Virus record (IMG/VR): IMGVR_UViG_3300035698_024280
DNA length: 64,000 nt
DNA from: a virus
Reading direction: 5' to 3' (one strand)
Shown piece by piece: positions 19,125-29,662 of this stretch. Position 1 is the first letter of the stretch, and every line of letters begins with the position of its first letter. The notes under the pieces are model-generated. The model searched no databases. It saw nothing but the letters and a program-made list of their open reading frames with translations, and had not been told where the DNA came from. The position numbers were made by a program, and so were the translations under genes.

Positions 19125-19811
19125 ATGAGTTCATTTGAATCCACTAAGATCGTCGAATTAGGTTCTACAGCTTTCCGTCAATGGAAAGCGACTGATTCCC
19201 ATTGCCAATTTTTACACGGATACCAGCTTAAGGCTAAGTTATGGTTTAGTGCGAGTACACTAGATGAAAACAATTGGGTAGTAGATTTTGGAGGTTTGGA
19301 TTCAGTAAAGGAAGCATTAAAATCTTTATTTGACCATACTACATGTGTCGCTGCCGATGATCCAAACCTGGAGTTTTTTAGAGAGATGGCAGATAAAAAG
19401 ATTATAGTACTTAATGTTTTTAATGAGGGAGTTGGTATTGAAAAATTTGCTGAGTATGTATTTAATCTGGTAGATACTATTATTAAATCTGCTACTAACG
19501 ATAGGTGCCGGGTATCAAAGGTGGAAGTATTTGAACATGCTGAAAACTCAGCGATTTATAAACCTCAGAATTCACCATCAGAGGCTGCAGGCAGCGTATC
19601 AATTACTCAAGAAAAGTTAGTTGGTGTATTAGCTGAGTTAGCGGCTTCATTTCCGCAGAATTTAACATCACCTAAAGTAGATACTAAGTCGCCTCCTGAA
19701 GATTCTAAGAACCCTCAGGAAGCTATTGGTCATGCAATTGATGAGAGGTCTACTGCTGCTCCATTGTATTCAGATAGAACAAAGTCTCTTGCAGAGATAC
19801 TTAGTACTTAA
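19125..19811 (+). CDS. queD: 6-carboxytetrahydropterin synthase (QueD/PTPS family) with C-terminal extension
   Basis: SHCQFLHGY, WVVDFGGL, LFDHT, EKFAEY, VEVFEHAENSA. Confidence 0.9.
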   Translation: MSSFESTKIVELGSTAFRQWKATDSHCQFLHGYQLKAKLWFSASTLDENNWVVDFGGLDSVKEALKSLFDHTTCVAADDPNLEFFREMADKKIIVLNVFNEGVGIEKFAEYVFNLVDTIIKSATNDRCRVSKVEVFEHAENSAIYKPQNSPSEAAGSVSITQEKLVGVLAELAASFPQNLTSPKVDTKSPPEDSKNPQEAIGHAIDERSTAAPLYSDRTKSLAEILST

Positions 19812-20542
19812 GTATTTTTAATACTCGTTAATACTTCGCATATATGTGCTAGTATCGGGTGTCTAACAATTTGCGAAGCATCGAATGTAAAGGAACCAAT
19901 TCCTACATCATTCGATGCTTCTGTGTTAAACGCATTAAATACATCTTTGAAGCCAGATCGATTACCTATATCACTCTGTGTACAGTCGCCTAACAGCACG
20001 TATGATGAGCCTTTGCCGAATCTAGTTAGCACTGTCTCCAGTTCTGACACGGTCATATTTTGACACTCATCAACAATAACTAAACTGTTTCTAAACGTGA
20101 GACCCCTTGAGAGATTAACAGGAATACATCGTACAATCTTGGCCCTCATTATATGTTTTGTCTCCCCTGGGTCGAGTAACTCCTCTACCTTATCATAAAA
20201 TGGTATTGACCAGGGTTGGAACTTATCTTCAACTGTACCGGGGAGATGGCCGAGTTTACTACTTGCTGACTCAACAACACTTCTTATATATACTATTTCT
20301 TCTACTATATTCTTTTTAATGCATAGAAGACCTGCTAATACTGCTATAAATGTCTTTGCACTACCTGCAGGGCCATTTACAATACTTACATATGTATCAT
20401 CGCTTAATATATGCTCTAAAAAATCCTTATGAGGCCCCTCAATTTTATATGGATTAGTTATAGTATACTTATTACTCCACTGACGCTCTAAACTACTTTC
20501 GATTTCATCAGCTGCTTTTGCATTGCGATATTTTTTTGGCAT
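19808..20542 (-). CDS. phoH: PhoH-family ATPase
   Basis: GPAGSAKT, LGHLPG, RGLTF, VDECQN, GDCTQSD, IVRHP. Confidence 0.95.
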   Translation of the reverse strand: MPKKYRNAKAADEIESSLERQWSNKYTITNPYKIEGPHKDFLEHILSDDTYVSIVNGPAGSAKTFIAVLAGLLCIKKNIVEEIVYIRSVVESASSKLGHLPGTVEDKFQPWSIPFYDKVEELLDPGETKHIMRAKIVRCIPVNLSRGLTFRNSLVIVDECQNMTVSELETVLTRFGKGSSYVLLGDCTQSDIGNRSGFKDVFNAFNTEASNDVGIGSFTFDASQIVRHPILAHICEVLTSIKNT

Positions 20543-20648
20543 ACATATATTTATTCAAATTTATACCAAAAAAATGCAATATATAAAAACAGATATAATT
20601 AGTTATACATATTGTTGCTAACTATCAAAAGTTAGATAAATACATTAT

Positions 20649-21353
20649 ATGAGAATAGCCATATCAGGGACCGGGTGTCAGGGGAAGAGTACCTTTCAAT
20701 TAGATTTTTTAGATAAGTGGCCGCAATATAAGGCCCCAAAAAAAACATATAGAGATGTTATAACGGAAAAAAACCTAGCTCATAGTACAAAGACTACAAA
20801 GATTACACAGAGATTCATACTAGACTTTATGGTAGAATCTATGAAGGGTTATACTGTAGATGATAATATAATCTATGATAGGTGCCCTTGGGATGCCTTG
20901 GTTTATTCAATGTGGGGATTATCTGACAGTACCTCTGATATAGATGAAGAGTTTATTGATGAAATAATCCCAATAGTCAGAGAATCTATGAGGGAGCTTG
21001 ACCTTATATTTTTTATACCTATTTCAAAAGTTTCTCCGATTTTAATCGTAGAGGATGAGATGAGAGAGACAGAGGCAGAATATATAAATAGTATAGACAA
21101 TATATTTAAAGACTTTTATAGGAGATATGCTCATCAGAGCTTTGAACCATTTTTTCCGCAAAATGATGTACCCGCTATTATAGAAATTTTTGGTTCTCGG
21201 ACTGAGAGATTGCACATAGCTAATTTATATATTGATGTGGATGGTGATTCTATACCTGGTGATATGGATAGTCTTATAAAGGGAATGGAGGACCTTGTAA
21301 GTGATCACAAGGCTGAGCTATTTAAAACTTCTGGGATTATTACAACCTCCTAA
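20649..21353 (+). CDS. P-loop nucleotide monophosphate kinase (AAA_28/thymidylate kinase-like)
   Basis: ISGTGCQGKST, YDRCPWDALVYS, lid region DEMRET. Confidence 0.8.
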   Translation: MRIAISGTGCQGKSTFQLDFLDKWPQYKAPKKTYRDVITEKNLAHSTKTTKITQRFILDFMVESMKGYTVDDNIIYDRCPWDALVYSMWGLSDSTSDIDEEFIDEIIPIVRESMRELDLIFFIPISKVSPILIVEDEMRETEAEYINSIDNIFKDFYRRYAHQSFEPFFPQNDVPAIIEIFGSRTERLHIANLYIDVDGDSIPGDMDSLIKGMEDLVSDHKAELFKTSGIITTS

Positions 21354-22253
21354 TTATAGAGCTACAGGAACTCTTGTTGGTTCATCAGCCTCATAGTTGA
21401 CATCCCCTATATTAAAAATATCCTCTAAGTCTATTAACTCACAAGTTAACTGAACCGGCCAAGAGGTTCCATAATAGTGAGCAAAATCACCAACTGGTGG
21501 TTTTGGTATTGTTGATACATTTAAGGAACCATCACCGACCGAAATATTACCATCAGTTGAAACTCTTAGACCTACCGGAGAGGTTCTGCATATATTAAAA
21601 AAACCAAATATAGTAGATGTAATGGCAGTTTTTCCATATAGACCAGCTACTGGGACATGTTTTATATCACTGATAAGCATTGATCTAGATGGTGAATCAT
21701 ATTGATATAAATCGGTCATTATATTGCAGCCATATGCATCACCGACATATTGATTCGTTTGCTCATAATGCCGTTTCGGGTTTCTTACAGCAAATGTACT
21801 AACAGCTCTCACTCTATATGTACCTTTAGGTAACACTATTGCATTACTCAGTAATAGGCCACGTGCTTGCTTTTCCTCTTCTACTTCAACAGCATTAGCT
21901 GAAATATGATTTAAAGGCAGCGCAAAATTATTCTCTCTATTAATTACAAAATCTAAATTAGATTCAGGGTTAGTAGCATAATATGCTGCTACTGCACCCC
22001 TAAAAGGGAGACGTTGTATTATACTGCTTTGAATTAAGCTAAATCTCTTTCTTGTTAATGAAGCATTTTCTTTTGCAGCATCTACCTTTAAAGATAATTC
22101 AGTGCTATCATTTTTAAAAGTTAATTCTTTTAATGGTTTTTTATAAATACCATCTCCGGTTTCAATAGCTATATCGCCGGAAATATTTGTGCCCCCTGGT
22201 ATATATGTTTTAGGTGGTAATTCATTACCTGAAATGTTTATAAACTTACTCAT
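21354..22253 (-). CDS. Fibre/spike-like structural protein (paralog 1)
   Basis: Beta-rich; shares the motif LPKGTYRV with the next two large ORFs. Confidence 0.45.
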   Translation of the reverse strand: MSKFINISGNELPPKTYIPGGTNISGDIAIETGDGIYKKPLKELTFKNDSTELSLKVDAAKENASLTRKRFSLIQSSIIQRLPFRGAVAAYYATNPESNLDFVINRENNFALPLNHISANAVEVEEEKQARGLLLSNAIVLPKGTYRVRAVSTFAVRNPKRHYEQTNQYVGDAYGCNIMTDLYQYDSPSRSMLISDIKHVPVAGLYGKTAITSTIFGFFNICRTSPVGLRVSTDGNISVGDGSLNVSTIPKPPVGDFAHYYGTSWPVQLTCELIDLEDIFNIGDVNYEADEPTRVPVAL

Positions 22254-22254
22254 A

Positions 22255-23637
22255 TTATATTTTATTAACGGATGTAATTACCCCTGTATTATCTACCCTA
22301 AAGGTATAATCAAACTTATCACCTACAGTCTTTTCCGAATCGTTTCTAACATACCCCCACCATCCTGATGTAAGCATTTGCAGCTTAGAATCTCTAATAT
22401 CATAAGATTCGCTATTTATAGGAACTGCATCTAAGTCTAAATCTGGTAACTCTGATCTATATTTTGCAATATCACCAACATTCATAGTAGCTCCATCAGT
22501 ACTACTAGGGTCACTAAAATATACTCTCGCGCCCCCTATTATAGAATCAAAAGTTTCACTATAGAAAAATAATAAAAATTTTATTGTAGATTGATCACCA
22601 GTAGGAGCTGACGGTGTATCCCCTACAGCATTTAATTTTGTTACCCAACCCGATTTATACATTAAATTTATTGACGCTGGATATTTAAATGATTGAGATC
22701 TCCTTAATTTAACAGAATCTTCTGTAGGCAATAATACATTTTCATTAGATAGCTTTTCAAGAATTAAAACACTCTGATTTATCTGCGTGGTATTAAAAAG
22801 AGTACGACCAGGTACAGCAGCAGAGAGAGTGTTACCTATAGACGTTGTATTCGCTCCTGGCATAAATGACCCTATGGTGCTAACAGTAACCCCATATTCC
22901 TCTATTTCATCTACATATATAAAACCATTTAAATTTAAGGTGACAGTAGATCCAGATTCTGTATATGTACAAACTGAGTCACCATTTATCACAAATCGTT
23001 TAGGTGATGTTAAATTATATAGCGATAAAAATGCCCATATATTTTCTCTTGCATCTATATCTGCCTGTGTTGGTAAAAGCGGTATATCTATTTGAGGGAT
23101 CACATATGGTGAAATAGAGACGGTACATGTAATTTTATATGTACCTCTTGGTAGACATATAGTCCCCCTATTTATATAGTTTTTACATGGGGCACATTCA
23201 CTAGTATCCAAACTCGATATATCTACATCAATATTACTTACAAAGATATCGTTAAATTTAATTATATTAAGAGGCCCTATTATTGTATTATCTTGAAATT
23301 TAGTCTCCTCATTAAATTCTGGAGTTCCAGCTGTACCAGAACTAGTTGTTGTGATTGTAGTGACCTTTTGATCTACCGTCGTTAGTCTCGCTGAACTATC
23401 CGCAGCGGCTTTAAGTATCTCTAGATTATTCTCTGACGTTTGGGCAATATATATTGAATCATCATATGCCTTATATACTATAGGGTTAAATGTAGTTTGA
23501 TTCTCTCTGATATAAATATTATCAACTTTAAGTAGTTTTAGTCTGCCTGAATCCTCACTATCTAATATTAAAATATTATCTCTATCTGGTAAGATGCTAT
23601 CTATAGGCTGGAGTTCCGATATGGATGGTATACTCAT
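22255..23637 (-). CDS. Fibre/spike-like structural protein (paralog 2)
   Basis: N-terminal SISEL fibre-like start; motif LPRGTYKI. Confidence 0.45.
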   Translation of the reverse strand: MSIPSISELQPIDSILPDRDNILILDSEDSGRLKLLKVDNIYIRENQTTFNPIVYKAYDDSIYIAQTSENNLEILKAAADSSARLTTVDQKVTTITTTSSGTAGTPEFNEETKFQDNTIIGPLNIIKFNDIFVSNIDVDISSLDTSECAPCKNYINRGTICLPRGTYKITCTVSISPYVIPQIDIPLLPTQADIDARENIWAFLSLYNLTSPKRFVINGDSVCTYTESGSTVTLNLNGFIYVDEIEEYGVTVSTIGSFMPGANTTSIGNTLSAAVPGRTLFNTTQINQSVLILEKLSNENVLLPTEDSVKLRRSQSFKYPASINLMYKSGWVTKLNAVGDTPSAPTGDQSTIKFLLFFYSETFDSIIGGARVYFSDPSSTDGATMNVGDIAKYRSELPDLDLDAVPINSESYDIRDSKLQMLTSGWWGYVRNDSEKTVGDKFDYTFRVDNTGVITSVNKI

Positions 23638-23646
23638 TTATTATAT

Positions 23647-24462
23647 TTAAGTTATATACTCATTATAGTTTTGACCGTATGCAGATAAATTATTAATATA
23701 ATCCTCAGGGTATAGTGAGCTAAACTCTGTAACAGTGTTATCTTGCAGTCTAAAGAAAGTATCAAAATCTATACCAGTCCCCCCAGCTAATAAATGTGGA
23801 GTACTTTTCTTTGTTATTAGACCATACCACCCATCGTTTAGGCATAATGCCTCTTCTTGTAGTATATCACCTTCATTATTATAATTTGATATATAACTAT
23901 TACTGTTAATCTCGCCAAACCCCCCCTCCCCTATAAATTTATTTTTATTAGTACTATTTAGTATAGATACAGGAGTACGATTTTGAATACTCATATTTTT
24001 TGCAAACAGTTTACTACCTAGATTAATACTACCTAACATATCGGGGGAATACGCTTGTATATCGCCCCCCCACAAATTCCAATTACCTACTGAAGATGAT
24101 ATAGGAATAAACTCTGTACTATTAGAATTAGACCTTATAGGTGTTTGCATTGTATATCGCCTAGCGGTAGCCGCAATATAATAAAATCTCTCCTGGATAG
24201 AAGTCTCAAATATACTGAGAGTTGAATTTAAATCTTCTTTTTTTAACGATATTGACTCAATTACATCTTCCGGCTTATTTACAAAGTCTAAATTAGATCC
24301 TTGTAAATTAGCACGAGCTTGAGGGGTAGTATCAAAATTAGTATTTTTAGGTAAATTTAGCCAAGACCAGCTATTTATATAAAATAAAAAACCTGTGAAC
24401 TTAAGAAAATCGACGGTTGTATCCACAGATCGATTGAGATTTATATAATTAACTTGTGCCAT
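23647..24462 (-). CDS. Hypothetical protein (probable structural)
   Basis: ORF in the fibre operon, Asn/aromatic-rich. Confidence 0.5.
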   Translation of the reverse strand: MAQVNYINLNRSVDTTVDFLKFTGFLFYINSWSWLNLPKNTNFDTTPQARANLQGSNLDFVNKPEDVIESISLKKEDLNSTLSIFETSIQERFYYIAATARRYTMQTPIRSNSNSTEFIPISSSVGNWNLWGGDIQAYSPDMLGSINLGSKLFAKNMSIQNRTPVSILNSTNKNKFIGEGGFGEINSNSYISNYNNEGDILQEEALCLNDGWYGLITKKSTPHLLAGGTGIDFDTFFRLQDNTVTEFSSLYPEDYINNLSAYGQNYNEYIT

Positions 24463-24465
24463 ATA

Positions 24466-25161
24466 CTACCATTTATTTATTGGACAACTTTCAGTCTGAA
24501 CCATTAGTTTAAATTTAGTTGAGCACCCACATAATGTACATCTTCCAGTTCTACCTAAAGCTTCTGCATCCCACTTATCGCAATCCTTACATATAGCTAA
24601 TCGTTCTGCTACCATAGCTTCTGATGATACAGAGAATCCATTGTTCAACCAATCACTCATACTTTTTGTAAAATTGTGTGCCATATCCTTACCGGATGGG
24701 TAATTATCATTACTATTAGCTAGTAGTATCGATTTGACTTTTCTTGATGCCCCTTTGAGAGTTACCCTTATATTTTCATTTTTAGGCTTTCTTATAGTCT
24801 TATGTTTATAAAATATTAATTCATCATAAAAATTAAAGTAAGATGCCTTTTCAATTTCGAATTTTCTTGCGTATATTCTTAATTTCCACCTATACTTGTA
24901 TAATATATTTAAAAATTCACTAGAATCCTTAACTACTTCTTTATTAAAAATATCTATAACTCTACCATAGGCCGGTAACATAGTACCGTTATATATATTT
25001 CTACCTTTTGTAGCATATATAATATCTAAATCCTCACCCAGAGCTGGGAACTCGACCTTTAAATCTCTTATAAATTTTAATTTAAACCTAATGCCGTAAA
25101 TAGCGGCTGGTATAGCTATCGTAATAGGTATATTTGTACCTGGTATTTTTCTAACCTTCAT
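24466..25161 (-). CDS. Basic protein with C-terminal Cys-rich domain (DUF6171-like)
   Basis: ERLAICKDC...CTLCGC...K...ESCPINKW. Confidence 0.6.
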   Translation of the reverse strand: MKVRKIPGTNIPITIAIPAAIYGIRFKLKFIRDLKVEFPALGEDLDIIYATKGRNIYNGTMLPAYGRVIDIFNKEVVKDSSEFLNILYKYRWKLRIYARKFEIEKASYFNFYDELIFYKHKTIRKPKNENIRVTLKGASRKVKSILLANSNDNYPSGKDMAHNFTKSMSDWLNNGFSVSSEAMVAERLAICKDCDKWDAEALGRTGRCTLCGCSTKFKLMVQTESCPINKW

Positions 25162-25166
25162 ATTAT

Positions 25167-28100
25167 CTATTCAATACACCCCAGATGGTATGTACCATCC
25201 GCTGCAGTATACCCATCTGCAGTCTTTGCATTAGGTAAAGGGCTGTTTAGTATAGCAACAATATCCACAAAATATCCCATCCACGGATACTTCCTTTTTA
25301 TTAGTTCTTGATCCCATACCTCTTTTCCCCCGATTTCCTTCTCATACCATTTTTCATGATCTGTAACTTTACCATCCTCATCTATTATAGGTATTAGTAA
25401 ATCCTTATTCCAAAAGTAGGCCTCTATAATCATACTCTCTCGTCGCATACAACAATTCCCAGAAGTTTCTAATACAGAGCTAGTACGACCACCAGTATTT
25501 TTACCATTACCAAATAGATCTCCTGCAACCTGAGCTCTATCAGGATCTCCTTCTGAATCCTTAATTATAGTTGCGAGTAGATTAGACTTCCACCATGCTC
25601 TCATAGATAAGAAGCCACTCTTAGTATTTGCTCGCTGCCAAAATTTAACTGCATCTAGCCCAGACCCAACTGTACTAGCAAGATTAGATGTATATACAAA
25701 AAAGTCACATTGTATTACATACTCCGCTAATTTGTATAATTTTGCAAAGTTACTCTCCGACCGTGACCCGATGTTTCCACTTTTTATATTATCTAAAAAT
25801 GATTTTGATATATCTTTATTAATCCCTATATATTTATTTAATAAGGCTAGATTATCCATATCTTCTAGAAGTTCTACCAGAAGAACTTCTAGATTTTTAT
25901 CATTTGCGACGGATAAATAATCAGTAAACGGTGTAATTAATAAAATTTTGATTTTAGGTATTATCTTATCCTCTAACTCAAATTCCTCTTTAGTCCTTTG
26001 ACCTAGCTTTACATTATCCGCTAATTGATTCTCCCAATTATTATCTGCCTCGACCCTCGATGCCTCTATATTTAAACTACCCTCAATATAATTATCTATA
26101 TATCGCTGCTTGAGAGTCTCGAGAGTTGGAGGTATATCAACCTGAAATAATTTTTCAGCCTCCTCATGCAGAGTCTTTCTTTTATCTGCATTTAGAGAAT
26201 TTACTACTACAGGCTTTAATTTTTCAAAACCAGATATAGCATCTTTTACTCGCTTCTCTGGCTTTAAGTCATCAATTTTTGTACCATCTGGATTCACACT
26301 AGATTTATATTTTGAAGATCCAAAATCTTTAACATAGCAAGGGTATATCAGAGATACATTACATGTATATGTATCCCCAGTTGTATCATCATCGTATAGA
26401 TGATTAAATTCCCCGTCACCCATATCGGGGTAAATATTAGGTAAATAGTAACCTAAATATACTTGATAATCAAATTCAGCTGATGCTGCATCATAAAACG
26501 GTGTACCTGGGGTTGGGGTCAGCCACCCACTAAAAGATGGCTGCGCGCATTTCGGCTTTTCTTCCTCACCCCCCTCACCGTCTGTTTCAGAATCTGTTTC
26601 AGATCCCTCAGCCTGACAAAACTTCTGGTTGGAATGAGGGCTACTCTGCATCGGGGGTACTGGGAATCCGTACGGTTTAGGTCCATTTCCTAAATCTCTA
26701 CACATATCGCACATTTTATGCCCAGAATTGTTATTATTACTCTCTGGGCGATTTGCTTCGCAATTACTTTCTATACTCTCTATATAGGAATCATAATTTG
26801 ACTTCCCAGACTGATCAGTCCCATCAAAGACATGCCACCCCCCCTCACCAGTTTCAGGGTTCTCATGCCAAGTTCTACCCATTAAATACGCACCGTCCCA
26901 TATATCACCTTCCCATTCCCTATCCTCTTTCTCCTCAGCAGTACCCGGATCGAAGTGAAGAGATTGTATTAGTATCGGTTGAAGATTTCCACCTGCGCTA
27001 ACATGAATTGTTTGAGCAGCATTAGCAGACTCATATTCACTATACCAAGCCCATCCAGGCAAATCTAAAGATCCAGCATCCCATCTACCTCGACCACCAC
27101 CTATCCAGGAATTGCTGCACAAGTTTAAACTTCTACAGTCTTCCAACTCTGGAGATTTTTCTCTAGTTGGACCACCCGGTGATCCGCTCCCACCTCCACC
27201 TCCACCACCACCACCGCCACCGTTAGTGCTTCCGGAGCTGCTGGTAGATGTTCCAGGAATAAATATAGGATCAGCTATATTTACTACACCTGGAGCTGAC
27301 GTTGTAGTATTTACTACAGTAGGTGGAAGTGGTGGTAGAGATGGAGGAGCAAGCGTGGTTGTTACGAGGGGCGTAAAGCCAGTCAATGTATCTAGTTCTC
27401 CTGAGGCAATATCAAATATTAATGGATCTGAATTAATTTTTTCAAATATTATTTGAATAGGGTTTAAAAAAGTGTCGGAAAAATCTCCGGCAGATTGATT
27501 ATCAATGGACCCAATTATATATTCGCCAGCGGTTTTTGCTCTCAGCTTTAATATAGATGGGTTACATACTGATATATACCCATACATATAGCATGTTGAT
27601 GTATAAGAGGTCTCGTCAATATTACCGCTTGTAGCTCTTTCAAATGACGGAGTACTATATAGTAATATTTCATTAGGTGTAGTCTCTTTAAATAGCTCTA
27701 AGACAATATATGCCTTATCACCATTACCGAATGATTTACCTCGAAGATCTACTCCTCCAGGTACTCCAGCTAGTGTAAACGTCCCTGTGCATTCGACCCT
27801 ATAAACTCCTGGCGATAGTATAATTTCAGTTGAACTATATTCCCTAGCAATAGATTTACCCGTGGTCGCATTTTTTGATATAGGTAAATTGTTTGTCAGA
27901 TCTACATTTTTAATTGTATTGACATGCTCTTCAAAAGGTATATCCGTCAATACGTGACCTGCGATGCCTATTGTATCTCCCTGAATATTTGATGGTACTT
28001 TATACTGTAAGGCTAAAATTTCTGGAGTTTCAAAAGACGAAAGTTTATTGTTTGTTGTAGTATTAATGTAAGAGGATAGAGAATCTATTGCCGTTAATAG

Positions 28101-28259
28101 CCCATTAATATTTATATCTGGAAAATTATTCGATGAAAATCTAAGGTCTCCAAACTCTACACGCACTGTACCCGAATCCTCTGTTTCTAATATAATTTCG
28201 TCAGAAATAGATATAATCTTATCTTTTGGGGGAAATGTATCTCTTAAATTTTCAGACAT
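25167..28259 (-). CDS. Large modular structural protein (paralog 3): fibre N-domain, Pro/Thr and Gly linkers, Cys/Trp-rich and helical C-domains
   Basis: Motif LSPGVYRV; TTLAPPSLPPLPP and poly-Gly linker; TAAATA 10 nt upstream. Confidence 0.5.
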   Translation of the reverse strand: MSENLRDTFPPKDKIISISDEIILETEDSGTVRVEFGDLRFSSNNFPDININGLLTAIDSLSSYINTTTNNKLSSFETPEILALQYKVPSNIQGDTIGIAGHVLTDIPFEEHVNTIKNVDLTNNLPISKNATTGKSIAREYSSTEIILSPGVYRVECTGTFTLAGVPGGVDLRGKSFGNGDKAYIVLELFKETTPNEILLYSTPSFERATSGNIDETSYTSTCYMYGYISVCNPSILKLRAKTAGEYIIGSIDNQSAGDFSDTFLNPIQIIFEKINSDPLIFDIASGELDTLTGFTPLVTTTLAPPSLPPLPPTVVNTTTSAPGVVNIADPIFIPGTSTSSSGSTNGGGGGGGGGGGSGSPGGPTREKSPELEDCRSLNLCSNSWIGGGRGRWDAGSLDLPGWAWYSEYESANAAQTIHVSAGGNLQPILIQSLHFDPGTAEEKEDREWEGDIWDGAYLMGRTWHENPETGEGGWHVFDGTDQSGKSNYDSYIESIESNCEANRPESNNNNSGHKMCDMCRDLGNGPKPYGFPVPPMQSSPHSNQKFCQAEGSETDSETDGEGGEEEKPKCAQPSFSGWLTPTPGTPFYDAASAEFDYQVYLGYYLPNIYPDMGDGEFNHLYDDDTTGDTYTCNVSLIYPCYVKDFGSSKYKSSVNPDGTKIDDLKPEKRVKDAISGFEKLKPVVVNSLNADKRKTLHEEAEKLFQVDIPPTLETLKQRYIDNYIEGSLNIEASRVEADNNWENQLADNVKLGQRTKEEFELEDKIIPKIKILLITPFTDYLSVANDKNLEVLLVELLEDMDNLALLNKYIGINKDISKSFLDNIKSGNIGSRSESNFAKLYKLAEYVIQCDFFVYTSNLASTVGSGLDAVKFWQRANTKSGFLSMRAWWKSNLLATIIKDSEGDPDRAQVAGDLFGNGKNTGGRTSSVLETSGNCCMRRESMIIEAYFWNKDLLIPIIDEDGKVTDHEKWYEKEIGGKEVWDQELIKRKYPWMGYFVDIVAILNSPLPNAKTADGYTAADGTYHLGCIE
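27189..27221 (-). repeat. GGT/GGA/GGC codon run encoding a poly-Gly linker
   Basis: cccacctccacctccaccaccaccaccgccacc on the + strand. Confidence 0.9.
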
Positions 28260-28284
28260 TACTAATAATTATTTATTTAGATAG

Positions 28285-28312
28285 TTGAAAAACGCCAACT
28301 AGATAGTATAAT
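28285..28312 (+). promoter_or_regulatory. Sigma70-type promoter for the glycan operon, leaderless geometry
   Basis: TTGAAA-16-TATAAT-6-ATG. Confidence 0.75.
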
Positions 28313-28318
28313 TAATTT

Positions 28319-29155
28319 ATGAATAGTAAATTTGGCGTCGGCTTTATAACCTGCAATAGAGAATCCTTCATACATCGATCGATGGATTCTTTTTCAAATA
28401 GTATATTTGAACATGATTCTAAGGCAAGTAATGTAGTTGTAGTTAATGACGGAGACCCATTAGATAAAACAATAGCCTACGGAGATTTAATAGATAATCC
28501 CAATAATCTTGGTGTAGGTAAGAGTAAAAATATTGCAATAAAAGAGCTAATGGCTCGAGGGTATGATCATATTTTTATAATTGAAGATGACATTATACAA
28601 AAAGATAAATCAGTAAATGTTTTTGAAAAATATATGGATTGTAGTGATCAAACCGGCATTCAACACTTTATGTTTGGGTATCACGGACCCGCTAATAAGG
28701 GGAATGTATCAAAAGGGATCCCACAACCTAGATTGGTTGTTAAATATAATGAGAATTGCTCAGTATTACTTAATCTGCATTGTGTCGGTGCTTTTTGTCA
28801 TTATACTAGAGAGTGTATAGAAGCAATTGGGATGTTTGACGAAGAATATAATAATGCATTTGAACATGTTGATCATTCATATAGAGCTGCTAAACATGGA
28901 ATGATTCCAGGTTATTGGTGGTGGCCGGATATATCAAACAGTTATGATTATTTAGACGAGATTGAATGTAGTGAAAACAGTTCATCTATTAGACCTAGGG
29001 CAGACTGGGGAGAAAATATACAAAAAGGCGCAGTACATTTCCATAGAATGCACGGTTATCAACCCGCATGGGATAATTATGTACCAGATCAGTCTGAATA
29101 TAAAATTAAAAATGCTCTTAAAGCCATTTTCAGTAATTATACAGTTGAAAAATAA
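28319..29155 (+). CDS. Glycosyltransferase, GT2 (GT-A fold)
   Basis: GFITCNR, VVVNDG, NLGVGKSKN, FIIEDD, GMFDE, EHVD. Confidence 0.85.
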   Translation: MNSKFGVGFITCNRESFIHRSMDSFSNSIFEHDSKASNVVVVNDGDPLDKTIAYGDLIDNPNNLGVGKSKNIAIKELMARGYDHIFIIEDDIIQKDKSVNVFEKYMDCSDQTGIQHFMFGYHGPANKGNVSKGIPQPRLVVKYNENCSVLLNLHCVGAFCHYTRECIEAIGMFDEEYNNAFEHVDHSYRAAKHGMIPGYWWWPDISNSYDYLDEIECSENSSSIRPRADWGENIQKGAVHFHRMHGYQPAWDNYVPDQSEYKIKNALKAIFSNYTVEK

Positions 29156-29179
29156 AAAACGAAAAATAAATAACTTTAT

Positions 29180-29641
29180 ATGAATGAAAAACCTTGGAGC
29201 TGGCGAATTAACCATCAACATGAAAATGGCAATGTTGATGCACAAGTAATATCGAGTGATGAAAAATCGTCTCTTTATTTAAGTAATGTACAACCCGGCT
29301 TAGCAGAATCCGTTACATCTCTATTAGAGAGCTCCTTTAAGTGGGGGTATAGCGAAAATGAGCAAGTCAGCTCACCTGAAAAACAGGCAGAGCTACACGC
29401 CTCAATTGATGAATTTCTAGATGGTGGGGATAATGATTTAAAATTGTTGGAACAGGTTGAAGAGAATAATAGGCTCATAGAGCAAATAAAGGATCTGACT
29501 GCAGCGAAAGCAGCCGGTCACACTTCTGCACCTGGTGCAGATATAACAGATGTAACAGAAACTGTAGAACCAAAACCTGAACCAAAATCTATAAAATACA
29601 AAGCTAAGACAAAAGTAACCCCCGCTAAGGCTACCTCTTAA
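29180..29641 (+). CDS. Hypothetical protein
   Basis: ORF inside the glycan operon, acidic middle, basic tail. Confidence 0.55.
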   Translation: MNEKPWSWRINHQHENGNVDAQVISSDEKSSLYLSNVQPGLAESVTSLLESSFKWGYSENEQVSSPEKQAELHASIDEFLDGGDNDLKLLEQVEENNRLIEQIKDLTAAKAAGHTSAPGADITDVTETVEPKPEPKSIKYKAKTKVTPAKATS

Positions 29642-29662
29642 AATAGCTTATAATTATATATT

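Noticed and set aside
17447-19811. folE/queD as folate or tRNA-queuosine auxiliary genes
   Set aside because: The DpdA-like barrel, QueF and formyltransferase give a more parsimonious DNA-modification explanation, although a tRNA role is not formally excluded
27189-27221. G-quadruplex or DGR-like variable repeat
   Set aside because: Fully explained as poly-Gly linker codons; no reverse transcriptase or template repeat in the window
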